Sequence record: OQ990040 | Source of the DNA: Escherichia phage SUT_E520 | Reading direction: 5' to 3' (one strand) | DNA: 64,000 bases | Shown here: positions 42,456-53,188 of the stretch, one piece after another | Layout: every line of letters begins with the position of its first letter | Numbering within the stretch: the stretch's first letter is position 1 | Notes under the pieces: generated by a model | The model's database searches: none | Told to the model about the DNA's origin: nothing | Seen by the model: the letters and a program-made list of their open reading frames with translations, nothing else | Made by a program: the position numbers and the translations under genes

Positions 42456-45035
42456 TTACCTTATATGGATGTACCCGTTTTGCAGGTCTATCTTCATTCT
42501 GTAATAGGCTTCCGGNNNNNNNNNNNNNNNNNNNNNNNNNNNNNNNNNNNNNNNNNNNNNNNNNNNNNNNNNNNNNNNNNNNNNNNNNNNNNNNNNNNNN
42601 NNNNNNNNNNNNNNNACCATTGCTGGGTTAACCCAACCGGAACCATTCCATTGACGAGTAAATGCAGATTGCGGAGCATTACTATTAAACTCTGTCAATA
42701 CATCATATCTAACTGGAGGACTACCAAAGTTATTCTGGAAGAAGGCATTAGCCTGCCCATCATCCCAACCACCAAGACCAGGAATACCTAAGGAATACAT
42801 TCCAGGACCACGTTGTCCATCATGTCCTATAGTACCTTCAGTACCACTCCACTGAACTACATCAGACCAGCTAGTACCTGCAAGTAGCTTATTAGTAACT
42901 GGGTCAAGTGTACCCGTAGTCGCATAGATATTTTGTGTCATATCTGTACGATTAGGTGGAGTTTTTGACCAACCAGGAGGCGGATAATCTTGTTCTAGTG
43001 GCTTTGCTGGAAGTGCAGTTGATATCTTATAAACAAATACTGTTTGCTTGCCCTGTATACCTGTTTGGATATCTACATCGCCATTTGGTGTTCCAATTAC
43101 TACTCCACTAGAAATACGTAGTACATCACCATCATAACGAATCCACTGTGTGGCATTACCAATGTCTAACTTAGCTTTGGCAGAGGTATTATCCATGCCC
43201 ATCCAAATACCGGAGTTATTATCCCCCCAAGATTTACCTTGAGTGTAAATTGCTGGATTATCCTTACCGGATAAGTTAGTCATGATAAAATTCGCAGCAT
43301 TAATATCTCTAGTAATTACTTTACCATCAACGTTAACAACACGGTTTATAGGATCAAAAGAAATAGGTGCTTTTCCCTCTTCATCTAGCAGACCAATGTT
43401 AATAGCACCAGTAGCTGCATCGATTAAGAATGTCTGTCTCCAGATTTCTCCATCTTTCATGCTGCCCTTAATAAAGGCATAGTTAACATCAATACCAGTC
43501 TCATTGACAAAGCTGTTATCTAGAGGAGTATCTTCATTCAATATAAATGTTACAGGAGCTGATTCTGTTATATCTTGTTTATTTGGTCCCCAGGCAATTG
43601 ATGATACCTTAAAGGTATGTTCAACTTTCCATGGGAATGATATAATTGTTGCAGCTCTGGCAGCACCAACGTTTATCTTTTGNNNNNNNNNNNNNNNNNN
43701 NNNNNNNNNNNNNNNNNNNNNNNNNNNNNNNNNNNNNNNNNNNNNNNNNNNNNNNNNNNNNNNNNNNNNNNNNNNNNNNNNNACCTTAAAGGTATGTTCA
43801 ACTTTCCATGGGAATGATATAATTGTTGCAGCTCTGGCAGCACCAACGTTTATCTTTTGAGCTTTAGCCCAGCCAGTCTTAGCGTATTCTTCAGAATTTA
43901 TATATGTAACCAAGAACTCACGAACATTAGCACCACCACCGCGTTCCCAATCCCACTCAATTCTAACATCATATCGTTCTTTACCATCAGCAATTCGTGC
44001 AGCTTTAAAAACAATATTGATAGGTGCAGTAGGAGGAACAAAATTATAAGCTACTGTTAAAATATTAGGGAATTCATAGTACCCAGAAGAATCAACTGTA
44101 ACACCATCAGGCATAGTTACTTGACCAGATATTCTGATCTTATAATCTCCGATAGGAACTCCACCAAATTTAATAGTAGNNNNNNNNNNNNNNNNNNNNN
44201 NNNNNNNNNNNNNNNNNNNNNNNNNNNNNNNNNNNNNNNNNNNNNNNNNNNNNNNNNNNNNNNNNNNNNNNNNNNNNNNACCATCAGGCATAGTTACTTG
44301 ACCAGATATTCTGATCTTATAATCTCCGATAGGAACTCCACCAAATTTAATAGTAGAACCTAAAGCCCCAATGTAATACTTAGTCCAAGGACTGTCTTCA
44401 GTAGCTGTACTTTTTAACTCAATAGTACAGTAGCTTGCTTCACCAGTTGTTTCTACGACAACTATCGGTGCACCTACCCCAACATCCACAGGTTCTGATT
44501 CAGATCTTGCTGCAACAATTATTGGCTTCTCTTTTGTCCTAAAGTTAGTCTCATTAGAGAGATTGATACCAATCTTAGCCTCTAGCAGTTCAGAATCAAT
44601 AATAGAGTCGTAGAAAGCCCCTTGAATCTCGTAAGAGGTTGAAGGGGTCAGGTTATTAATCATTATGAAGAAAGTATCTATACCAGTATAATCACGTCTA
44701 TCTATACTTTCTCCTGTCTTTAACCAAAAAGATCTACCAATAANNNNNNNNNNNNNNNNNNNNNNNNNNNNNNNNNNNNNNNNNNNNNNNNNNNNNNNNN
44801 NNNNNNNNNNNNNNNNNNNNNNNNNNNNNNNNNNNNNNNNNNNGAAGAAAGTATCTATACCAGTATAATCACGTCTATCTATACTTTCTCCTGTCTTTAA
44901 CCAAAAAGATCTACCAATAACGTCATAGTCAGTATATATAGAGTGCTGGACATATGCCATTGTATATCCAGTCATTATACTATTTAAGACCATTTTGGCT
45001 GGTGCATTATTCGAAATCATTAAATGGATGCCCAC
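42456..45035 (-). CDS. tail tip central fiber protein (pb4-like); inflated by three artefactual duplications and carrying one further N-run
   Basis: Large beta-rich protein between the baseplate hub and collar genes; corrected length about 859 - 3x59 = 682 aa. Confidence 0.65.
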   Translation of the reverse strand: MGIHLMISNNAPAKMVLNSIMTGYTMAYVQHSIYTDYDVIGRSFWLKTGESIDRRDYTGIDTFFXXXXXXXXXXXXXXXXXXXXXXXXXXXXXXXXXXIGRSFWLKTGESIDRRDYTGIDTFFIMINNLTPSTSYEIQGAFYDSIIDSELLEAKIGINLSNETNFRTKEKPIIVAARSESEPVDVGVGAPIVVVETTGEASYCTIELKSTATEDSPWTKYYIGALGSTIKFGGVPIGDYKIRISGQVTMPDGXXXXXXXXXXXXXXXXXXXXXXXXXXXXXXXXXXTIKFGGVPIGDYKIRISGQVTMPDGVTVDSSGYYEFPNILTVAYNFVPPTAPINIVFKAARIADGKERYDVRIEWDWERGGGANVREFLVTYINSEEYAKTGWAKAQKINVGAARAATIISFPWKVEHTFKXXXXXXXXXXXXXXXXXXXXXXXXXXXXXXXXXXQKINVGAARAATIISFPWKVEHTFKVSSIAWGPNKQDITESAPVTFILNEDTPLDNSFVNETGIDVNYAFIKGSMKDGEIWRQTFLIDAATGAINIGLLDEEGKAPISFDPINRVVNVDGKVITRDINAANFIMTNLSGKDNPAIYTQGKSWGDNNSGIWMGMDNTSAKAKLDIGNATQWIRYDGDVLRISSGVVIGTPNGDVDIQTGIQGKQTVFVYKISTALPAKPLEQDYPPPGWSKTPPNRTDMTQNIYATTGTLDPVTNKLLAGTSWSDVVQWSGTEGTIGHDGQRGPGMYSLGIPGLGGWDDGQANAFFQNNFGSPPVRYDVLTEFNSNAPQSAFTRQWNGSGWVNPAMXXXXXXXXXXXXXXXXXXXXXXXXXXXXXXXXXXPEAYYRMKIDLQNGYIHIR
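42516..42615. other. N-run (assembly gap) without duplicated flanks, near the 3' end of the pb4-like gene
   Basis: 100 N; flanks differ. Confidence 0.9.
43683..43782. other. N-run flanked by identical 77-nt copies
   Basis: ACCTTAAAGGTATGTTCAACTTTCC...TTTATCTTTTG repeated on both sides. Confidence 0.9.
44180..44279. other. N-run flanked by identical 77-nt copies
   Basis: ACCATCAGGCATAGTTACTTGACC...TTTAATAGTAG repeated on both sides. Confidence 0.9.
44744..44843. other. N-run flanked by identical 77-nt copies
   Basis: GAAGAAAGTATCTATACCAG...CTACCAATAA repeated on both sides. Confidence 0.9.
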
Positions 45036-47869
45036 TCCACAGACTGTTCTCCATCATCTCCTTCTGCTCTAATACGAAAATATAGTTTTCTATTTATTCC
45101 TAGAGCATCACTGTTATGAAGAGCAAAATCTGCCTTATTATACATTAATAAATAGTCATAAGTATACTGATTTTCAATACGTACACTTCTTAGCATTCTA
45201 TTCTGGGAGTCATAGATTTCCAGAGTATAGAATATACTTTCTATTATATCTTCTTCTGGTATCCTATCCCAAGCTAGTTTTACATCTGGGCCTACAAATT
45301 CAGTTACATCCCCAGAAGCCGTATTAGTTACCCTAAAATTAGATACTACACTTAGGTTTTTAGCAGAGTTAAGTTCTATAGATAAGGTTACTGGAGAACT
45401 TCTTCTACCATTTATATCCACAGCCCTTATTTCAAATATCGCTAAGCCTGCAGGCTCTCCAATTATCTCTTGGATCATGCGTTCATTGGGATTTGTTTCT
45501 AGTTGCTGCACAATATAAGGCTCAGCATGCCCGGAATGCACGATAGAGTAATAAACTACGTTATTAGTTAAGCTTGGAAGCCAAGATAACTCACCATTTT
45601 TTCCTATAGAACCAACTAAACCACCGGGTGTAGGAGTATATTTAAAATCTCTAGGAGGAAGAACGTTGTTACTAATATCTGGTATATCATTACCACTATT
45701 ATCTACTTGATCAGAGTTGATAAATACATCTTCCCCATACTCCTGTAGAGTAACATTTATCTTTCCTTCTCTAGAGTTTTCGACTTCATCTACTAAAAAG
45801 TACTTCTTATCCCATCCGTAACGGTCGTATGTAAATGCAATAGCATCGTTAGGCTCAATACCAATGAATTGATATGGTAAAGAAAATGAGAGGGTTCTAG
45901 AATACCTAGATTTCTTAAGTTCTCTGTCTGCAAAACTTCTAGCAGTATAGTAGTTAGTTATATTTGCAAAAGATAATTGTAATTTTTTATCTAAATTTTT
46001 ATCCTGCTCTTTATATTTAGAGTTATAAAAGGTAATAGAGTTAGTTTTCCAGCTAAGAGCTGGGTCTACTATGGATGCTTGAACTGAGTTGAATTTATTT
46101 CTACCAGTAGTATCTGATAGCTCTAAATCACCATAAGTATCCAGAAAATTAATCTCTAATGGAGTATTAGAATATTTTTCTACAGTAATCCTATATTGAC
46201 CAGATAAGTTGTTAATAGCCCCACCGTAGGATTCTAGTAAACCTTGCACATTTTTAAATACTGATTCAGATGTATCTAGAATAGTATTCATTTGTACTAT
46301 TTGTCTATTTTCTGCTAATGGATCAGTCCACCCAACATATCTCCAGTATGGCTGCCAGGATACTTGGTAAGATTCATCTATAATATCTAAGATAGCAGCT
46401 TCTTGTACCAATTGTTGTAGGGGGAACTGATCAATAGCAATGTTTGCACCATACCTATCTGAAGTTAAGTAGTCAAGTGTTTGCCAAATACCATTTAAAC
46501 TAGTACTATTAGCAGTTACTCTACCATCAGGATGATAGATTTTTATCTTCTTACCCTGAATCTCAGCACTAACTTCTGGAATCTCAGTTCTATTTTCATT
46601 AATAGTAAAGCGTACTACCGCGTATGCAGTATCTAATAATTTATATCTAGTATCCCAGTACTCAGGCCCATTACCGTTCATATTTTGGAGATAGAACCCA
46701 CGTTCCTTCGCTATATTTACTAATACTTCAGAAGCCGTTTGATCAGCTTTTCCATGATAAGTCCAAATCCTTATATCACCATTACCATCATTATATTTAT
46801 ATTCCTGACCGTGCACAGAAGGACTACTAGAAGATATTCCTGATGCTATTCTTTGCATGGTGTCTCCTGCTACTTTTTTAACACCGAAACAGGTTCTAGC
46901 AGAGCTATCATTAGAGTCCATACAAATCATAGGGTTATCCCCAAAGGAAAAGTCAAGAAAACCGTCTATCTCTCCTTCAGCAAAAGCGTATACTACGTAA
47001 ACTATATTAGGATTGTGTAATTCCGTATCCGCAAAAATAGGTATTCCCGGTATTTTCTGTACACCATAAACTACTGGTATATACTTAGCAGCAAGGTTAA
47101 AATCTATATCTACTTCTTTAGTAACAGTCTCATAATACTTTTTAAGACTATAACTTCTAGATAGTCCAAATAGCTTTTTCTTAGACTTTAGCTTGTATCT
47201 TTCTTCCTGTACCTGATACTTTGCTAGAATAGAGATACTTTTATTGGCATGAAAGAACCCATAATCTTCCTGGTATTCAAGTCTTTTAGCCCCGTTAGAT
47301 GGAACTAATTGTCCTGCTACAACCTCAAGCCCTCTATGAGAAGCATCATCAGTAAACCTACCGTTAACCCTATCAAAATCATAGAATTGGTTAGAACAAT
47401 TCCAAGTAATTGTAGAGGTTCCAACCCCAGAAGTACTAATGTTGTCCTTAATACCTCCACCAGTAATTCTCCCTCTAAAGTATAATAAAGGGCCATTTGT
47501 GTCTGGGTCTACAGGTAAAATAGAACCATCCTCTGTAATAATTGCTTGGTGGATTGATACTAGTCTATCTAAAAAGGATACACCATTCTGCACTAATTTC
47601 AGTACTTCATCCTGTGCTGTACCTGTAATAGTAAAAGATAGGCTGCCAATAGATAAATCTCTATTTTGTTTATGTGTGCTAATAGACTTAACTTTACCGG
47701 CCTGGTACAAAATACCATTATATAGTACATCTCTAAAATAGTCAGTTAAGTAAATAAAAGCAGTACTAGTACCTGTAGAGCCGGGTAATTCTAGAGAAAT
47801 TAGACTAGCAGTTTTTATTCTGCTATTATTTTTTAAGTAGTTTCTAGCACTATCTAATATTTTTTTCAT
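45020..47869 (-). CDS. baseplate hub / tail-associated protein (pb3-like, 949 aa)
   Basis: Length identical to T5 pb3 as I recall it; directly downstream of Dit. Confidence 0.75.
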   Translation of the reverse strand: MKKILDSARNYLKNNSRIKTASLISLELPGSTGTSTAFIYLTDYFRDVLYNGILYQAGKVKSISTHKQNRDLSIGSLSFTITGTAQDEVLKLVQNGVSFLDRLVSIHQAIITEDGSILPVDPDTNGPLLYFRGRITGGGIKDNISTSGVGTSTITWNCSNQFYDFDRVNGRFTDDASHRGLEVVAGQLVPSNGAKRLEYQEDYGFFHANKSISILAKYQVQEERYKLKSKKKLFGLSRSYSLKKYYETVTKEVDIDFNLAAKYIPVVYGVQKIPGIPIFADTELHNPNIVYVVYAFAEGEIDGFLDFSFGDNPMICMDSNDSSARTCFGVKKVAGDTMQRIASGISSSSPSVHGQEYKYNDGNGDIRIWTYHGKADQTASEVLVNIAKERGFYLQNMNGNGPEYWDTRYKLLDTAYAVVRFTINENRTEIPEVSAEIQGKKIKIYHPDGRVTANSTSLNGIWQTLDYLTSDRYGANIAIDQFPLQQLVQEAAILDIIDESYQVSWQPYWRYVGWTDPLAENRQIVQMNTILDTSESVFKNVQGLLESYGGAINNLSGQYRITVEKYSNTPLEINFLDTYGDLELSDTTGRNKFNSVQASIVDPALSWKTNSITFYNSKYKEQDKNLDKKLQLSFANITNYYTARSFADRELKKSRYSRTLSFSLPYQFIGIEPNDAIAFTYDRYGWDKKYFLVDEVENSREGKINVTLQEYGEDVFINSDQVDNSGNDIPDISNNVLPPRDFKYTPTPGGLVGSIGKNGELSWLPSLTNNVVYYSIVHSGHAEPYIVQQLETNPNERMIQEIIGEPAGLAIFEIRAVDINGRRSSPVTLSIELNSAKNLSVVSNFRVTNTASGDVTEFVGPDVKLAWDRIPEEDIIESIFYTLEIYDSQNRMLRSVRIENQYTYDYLLMYNKADFALHNSDALGINRKLYFRIRAEGDDGEQSVEWASI

Positions 47870-48480
47870 AGACTTTCCCGTAAATTTAGTGAGATGTTGG
47901 AGTATGTTCCGTTATTATTTAGTGTAGATCCAAAAGCATCACCATTCATGAGTTTTGTTCTAAATAGGATTCCATTAAATACTGGCTTCTCCGCTCCAGT
48001 AGTAGTTATAAATAAATCAGGGTATAAGTTTATAGACCATGTATTACCTGATTTGTTAAATGATGTTATTTTATATACTTTTGGGTGGTTAGACAGCTTA
48101 AATAGATCCCCCGGTTTTGGGGTACCTGTAAGAAACCCTTTTGTATCCATAGTTATATTAGAACCCTTCTGTCCAGCAGGTATATTTACTAGACTAGTAT
48201 TACCTCTAACTCTAAAAGCTTCGTATTGGGGTAATATAACATCTATATAACCACCAGTCCTTTTGTATTCTAGAATAAAAGCATCTAGAACACTATATTC
48301 ATCTGGAAATAATTCTGGATAAGAAATATTTATACCCCAGTATTGAGCAGATACCTTAACTTCGTTAACTTTACCATTTGGTAACTCATCACGAATTACT
48401 GGGTCATTATCAATCAGGTTAACACTTTCGAATCCTAAGCCTGAAAGTTCTGGATTCGTGTATGGGTCTGGTAATCTCAT
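47866..48480 (-). CDS. distal tail protein Dit (pb9-like, 204 aa)
   Basis: Size and position immediately after the tape measure gene. Confidence 0.7.
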   Translation of the reverse strand: MRLPDPYTNPELSGLGFESVNLIDNDPVIRDELPNGKVNEVKVSAQYWGINISYPELFPDEYSVLDAFILEYKRTGGYIDVILPQYEAFRVRGNTSLVNIPAGQKGSNITMDTKGFLTGTPKPGDLFKLSNHPKVYKITSFNKSGNTWSINLYPDLFITTTGAEKPVFNGILFRTKLMNGDAFGSTLNNNGTYSNISLNLRESL

Positions 48481-48589
48481 AGTTAATTTCTCCTCTTTAA
48501 TAACAATATTATAATAGTATTAGAAAATTTTATCAAGAAATTTTTATTTTTCCATAAAGAAAAGGAGGACTCAAAGTCCTCCTCCAGTT

Positions 48590-51500
48590 TTAAGAATTTC
48601 CTAATGTTTTCAGACTAGCACCGTTCTCATTCAGAGCTAATTCTACTGCGTCTCTTAGAGCACTACTATTACTAGAAGCAAACTCTCTAAAACTTGCAGC
48701 ATCCATAGCACTAATATTCAAGATGATAGGTCTTCCTGAAGTTGAGTTAGATGAAGTTTTTAGCTCATCATTAGGTGTAGCTTTCATAGGAATCATAGGG
48801 GTAACTACTTCTGTACCATGCTCACCCATTTGATAGCTAACCCCAGGGTACATATTACCACCCTCAGCACGAGGAACGAAAGAGTTAGCGCTACCTATAC
48901 CTTGATCGCCACGAATATAAGACAGTTCACCTGCATTAGCAGACATGGACACATCTATATTCTTCTGACGTTCTCCTAAGGTTAGGTAACTAGTTGTATC
49001 CGCTCCAGAATCTGCAATACTTGACATACCAGATGCAGAAGATGCTTGAGCAAGAGCTAAGGCACCTGCCAAACCTGCCGCCACCATCAAAGGAATAGAG
49101 AACGGGTACGGTACAGCTGTCGCCGCTTGCATTACAGCTACTGCAGTTTGGATGATGATCTGCTTCTTAGCTGCGTCTTGTTGAATCTTCAACTTTTCAG
49201 CTTCTAGTTTCTTCAACTTAGCTTTAGATGCTTCTGATTTACCATCACGTTTCTGCTCTGCTGCAATAGCCTGATCAATTGCACTAACCTGTTGACTAGT
49301 ACTATATTGAATCATAGAGGCCACAGTCTGCATACCTGCTGCGATCGTGGAAGTAGTGTCTAAAGACCCCATAGAGAACTGAATCATAGCATTGGTTAAA
49401 TTACCCATGCTTTGAGCTACAGCAGTTGCTTCGGAATTTAACTCAGATAGTTTAGAAATTGCCTGATCATAAGAAGCCATTCTATTTCCCATATCAGCAA
49501 AATCTTTATCTTCTCCAGATAGTCCAGTTGTAGGAGTGTACACAGCACCTAAAGAAGATCCAACAGAAGCTTGCATCTCCGCATTTCTCTGTGCCCTTAA
49601 ACCTGCTAGTTGTGCCCTAGTTTCAGCTATCTTTTTATTATATTCCGCTTGTGCCGCAGCATTACCTAATGTTTTCTGCTTTAAGTCTTCATATAATTTT
49701 AGCTGTTCCTGTAAGCGCTCCGCATTTCCCATTAATGGTTTAGCAGTAAATTGTCTTTGCTGTTCTTCCTCTCTACCAGCAGCCATTGAAGCAATCTGAT
49801 CTTGGCGGAATTTCCAGATTTCACGTTCAATTTGGGCTTGAGCACGTCTAGACTGTTCCGCCTCTTTCTGTTTATCAGCTTGTTTTGTATACCATTCGTA
49901 CTTCTCTTTTTCAATGGTCAATTCAAGATTTAACTGTGCTAAACGATACTGAGTATCTGTCATAGTACGGTTATTTAAGAGAGCTATCTCACGGTCTACA
50001 CCCAGAATTTTATCTGTATAATCCTTAACTTTCTTCTGAGCTTCCATACCCTGATTGGTAAGCTTAAGTTTCTCCAGCTGAATTTTTTCAATCTCTTTCT
50101 CAACAGCTTTATTTCCCTGATTAGTTTGAAGTACACGGCGTAAAGCAGCCTCTTGCTCTTCTAACTGTTGGAGTTCTAAACGCCTACCGGCTTCCTGTGC
50201 TTTTTCTTTATCTTTAGTTTGGTTGTATACGTCAGCTATCTTCTGTTGAACTGCTAACTGGTTCTTAGTCTCATTACCGGTTAGTTTAACGTACTCAGAT
50301 AAGGCCTGAGACGCAGTTTTCATTTCAGACAGAGTATTATAGCCTAGGTTAAGGTTTTTAACATACTCGTCTGCACTTTTACCAGTACCTTGAGATAGTG
50401 ATTCTATATTTTTTATAGCATCTGCTAAAGTAGCACTAGTCTTAGCAGCAGTATCTGTATTCTGAGCAACGTTCTGTATATCATTAGCTAAGTCACTAGC
50501 AGTTTTCTTAGTCTGATTATATGCCTTTTGTTGTTCAGTTAGTCCTTTTAATACAGTAGAGTTAAAATCGTATACAGCATCAGGATCAGTAGTATCTCTC
50601 TGTAGATTAATCTGTTTCTGAAACTCTGGATTAGCTTTTGCAGCAGCAGCTCCAGCAGCCTGATAAGCTGATTTCCAAGCATTGAGGTTCTCTGTAGAAT
50701 CCTCTACTTCCTTACCGAGTCTAGTTACTTGTAGACCCATAGCTGCGGTTTCTTCTACAAACTTTTTATTAGCTTCGGAAGCACCCGCGGCTGCAATACC
50801 AACAGGAATACCTTCACCAACTTGACGTATAGCTAGTTTTGTATAGAAATCTGCTTGTTCCATTCGTTTATCGAACTCAGATTTTAGCTTATTACGCTTA
50901 TCAAGAGATTCCTTATACATATCTAGAGCTTTATTATAGCCTTCTTCAGAAGCAGCTAAACTTAAAGCAACAGCACCAACGTTGGTAGGGTCTATCTGTC
51001 TATTAGTTTTTTCTTGAGCTCTAGCTGCCTCAGCAGATATAGAAGCCTGAGATGTATAAAATACTGTGTTGATAGCATCAATTACTGGCCCTAAATACTT
51101 AGCAGCAGCTTGTTGTATTTTTCTTAGTGCAGCATCTGCATTAGCAGCAAATTGCTCCCATGGAGTTGCACGTAGTACTTCATCTAGATAGCCAAACCGT
51201 TTAGTAGATTCAGCAATTACTGCATTAGCATATGCTTGTTGCTTCTGGAAAGTGGTAAGACTATTAACATTATATGTTATACCTGTGTTTGCAGCATTTA
51301 ACTGTTTAACATAATCAGCGTATGCGTCATTAAGACGGATAGTGACACCAAGTTCATCCAGAAGTTCGATTTCTTGTTTAGATACGCCCTTAATTACACG
51401 GTTAAGTGCATCAGTCATATCAACGCCAAGAACAGCAGCCGCACGACGAGCTACTAAACCAAATTTATTAAGTTGTTCAGCATCAAATCCATAAGCAGAT

Positions 51501-52270
51501 GCTGAAGATGCCTGTCTCATTGCTTCCTCAAAAGAAATAGCATATCCAGCAGCTTCTTGTAGTGATCTAGCAAGGGTCTGAACAGGAGTACCTGTCTGAG
51601 TACCTACTATAACACCAAATTTTTCTAGACGATTTAGCTGATCACCTAGTTTAAGTTGTTCAAATGCTGATTGCAAAACGAAGATGTTGGAAGCAAGAGC
51701 TGCGTACATAATAGGTAGACTACCACCGATCTTAGCCATTGCCGCAAAATCACGAGTTGCACCACGTGCTGAACCAGAGGTATTACCAATAGCTCTAGAA
51801 GCTCTACCAGCGGCACCAGCAGTGTCGTTAAAACCTCTAGCTGTACCACCTAATGCTCTATTAGTATCGTATAATCTATCCTGGACTTTTTCTGTTGCAG
51901 CTGCAACATCATTACCCATTGTTTTAACAGATCTAGAAACTCCATCAAATCCAATTTCTAGTTTATCTGTTACTTCAATAAGTTGGATAGCCAGGTAATC
52001 TAGCTTATCACCAATACCATCAATGGATTTAGTAATACCAGCCATACCCCTACTAGCTTGCATTTTAGTAAGACTTTTCGCTGCTCTGTCTGCTGCCCTC
52101 TCAATGGAATAAAGAGTTCTGGGCATTTTACCTAACTGCTCATTTGTCAGTTCGGAAGCAGCAGCAGCATTTTCCAACGCATCAGATACGTTTTCAATAG
52201 ACTTTGCAGTACGAGTTGCCCCCTTCTGTTTAACGTCTATTAGTAATTCTCGTATTAGCTTATCAGTCAT
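48590..52270 (-). CDS. tail tape measure protein (pb2-like, 1226 aa)
   Basis: Very long Ala/Gln/Lys-rich coiled-coil protein with hydrophobic segments and a C-terminal region, in canonical position. Confidence 0.9.
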   Translation of the reverse strand: MTDKLIRELLIDVKQKGATRTAKSIENVSDALENAAAASELTNEQLGKMPRTLYSIERAADRAAKSLTKMQASRGMAGITKSIDGIGDKLDYLAIQLIEVTDKLEIGFDGVSRSVKTMGNDVAAATEKVQDRLYDTNRALGGTARGFNDTAGAAGRASRAIGNTSGSARGATRDFAAMAKIGGSLPIMYAALASNIFVLQSAFEQLKLGDQLNRLEKFGVIVGTQTGTPVQTLARSLQEAAGYAISFEEAMRQASSASAYGFDAEQLNKFGLVARRAAAVLGVDMTDALNRVIKGVSKQEIELLDELGVTIRLNDAYADYVKQLNAANTGITYNVNSLTTFQKQQAYANAVIAESTKRFGYLDEVLRATPWEQFAANADAALRKIQQAAAKYLGPVIDAINTVFYTSQASISAEAARAQEKTNRQIDPTNVGAVALSLAASEEGYNKALDMYKESLDKRNKLKSEFDKRMEQADFYTKLAIRQVGEGIPVGIAAAGASEANKKFVEETAAMGLQVTRLGKEVEDSTENLNAWKSAYQAAGAAAAKANPEFQKQINLQRDTTDPDAVYDFNSTVLKGLTEQQKAYNQTKKTASDLANDIQNVAQNTDTAAKTSATLADAIKNIESLSQGTGKSADEYVKNLNLGYNTLSEMKTASQALSEYVKLTGNETKNQLAVQQKIADVYNQTKDKEKAQEAGRRLELQQLEEQEAALRRVLQTNQGNKAVEKEIEKIQLEKLKLTNQGMEAQKKVKDYTDKILGVDREIALLNNRTMTDTQYRLAQLNLELTIEKEKYEWYTKQADKQKEAEQSRRAQAQIEREIWKFRQDQIASMAAGREEEQQRQFTAKPLMGNAERLQEQLKLYEDLKQKTLGNAAAQAEYNKKIAETRAQLAGLRAQRNAEMQASVGSSLGAVYTPTTGLSGEDKDFADMGNRMASYDQAISKLSELNSEATAVAQSMGNLTNAMIQFSMGSLDTTSTIAAGMQTVASMIQYSTSQQVSAIDQAIAAEQKRDGKSEASKAKLKKLEAEKLKIQQDAAKKQIIIQTAVAVMQAATAVPYPFSIPLMVAAGLAGALALAQASSASGMSSIADSGADTTSYLTLGERQKNIDVSMSANAGELSYIRGDQGIGSANSFVPRAEGGNMYPGVSYQMGEHGTEVVTPMIPMKATPNDELKTSSNSTSGRPIILNISAMDAASFREFASSNSSALRDAVELALNENGASLKTLGNS

Positions 52271-52353
52271 GTTTTATTTTTCCCAATAAAAAAGGCTCTG
52301 GGCAAATCACCCAGAGCCAAGCCTCATCGTGGAACGCCCATTGGAGGAAACTT

Positions 52354-52722
52354 TTACCGTGCACGAGATCTAGCATGTGGCTTAACGTTAGGAATCCTTC
52401 CGTTTTGCGGTTTATGCTGCTCAGCACGCTTACGTGCAGCATCTACAGCTTTAGCATCAAATATATTGATAATGTGTAGAACGAATTCTTTTTCTATAGG
52501 ATCAGTAATCCCATAAATATCAAATAAAACACCTAATGCAGCCTTATCCTTACCTATAAAAATAGGGAAGTCACCCGGTATGAAACAGTCAATTAGACTG
52601 TTATAAATATTCATACTAATAGATACAATAGGTGGAAAATCTTCGAGTTCAACGGGCATAGCCTTAGGATCAGGCTCTATACCCATTGACTCGCAAAGTA
52701 TTAAATATTGTTGTTTAGTCAT
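52354..52722 (-). CDS. putative tail assembly chaperone (downstream ORF of a possible pair)
   Basis: Position immediately upstream of the tape measure gene; its reading frame stays open upstream across the stop of the preceding ORF. Confidence 0.4.
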   Translation of the reverse strand: MTKQQYLILCESMGIEPDPKAMPVELEDFPPIVSISMNIYNSLIDCFIPGDFPIFIGKDKAALGVLFDIYGITDPIEKEFVLHIINIFDAKAVDAARKRAEQHKPQNGRIPNVKPHARSRAR

Positions 52723-52783
52723 TTTAGATGCTGAGCTTTTAATACATTTGTCTGCAAAATCAGCAACAGCATCTAGGAGTTCT

Positions 52784-53188
52784 TTACGCTTTTGGGCTAC
52801 GAAAAGTGTCTAAGTGGAACACTGTTTGGTTGATCCAAGAATCAAACGCAGCAGAGTTCTGCATAAGCATTACAGCATTATCGCGGCTAAAAGGAACTTC
52901 AGTAGCGGGATCAGCATCTGTTTCAATCAGCATCAGTTTTTCAACGTCACCTACAGTCAAACCAGTCCAACCTTTAATAGCTGCGTCAACAAATGCTTCA
53001 ATGAACTTATCATCATCCTGCACTTGTATCAGTGTACCATTAACCCATTCGTCACGTTTAGCAGAAGAAATAACACGTTTAGAGGTAGCGCGAGACATAT
53101 AGTTAAGTTCTAGTTTAAAGTTTGGCATACCTGGGTAGGAAAGAGTAATAGTACGAGTATCAAGAGTAATATCTTTTAAATTAATCAT
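52784..53188 (-). CDS. putative tail assembly chaperone (upstream ORF of a possible pair)
   Basis: Position between the p140-like and tape measure genes; acidic protein. Confidence 0.4.
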   Translation of the reverse strand: MINLKDITLDTRTITLSYPGMPNFKLELNYMSRATSKRVISSAKRDEWVNGTLIQVQDDDKFIEAFVDAAIKGWTGLTVGDVEKLMLIETDADPATEVPFSRDNAVMLMQNSAAFDSWINQTVFHLDTFRSPKA

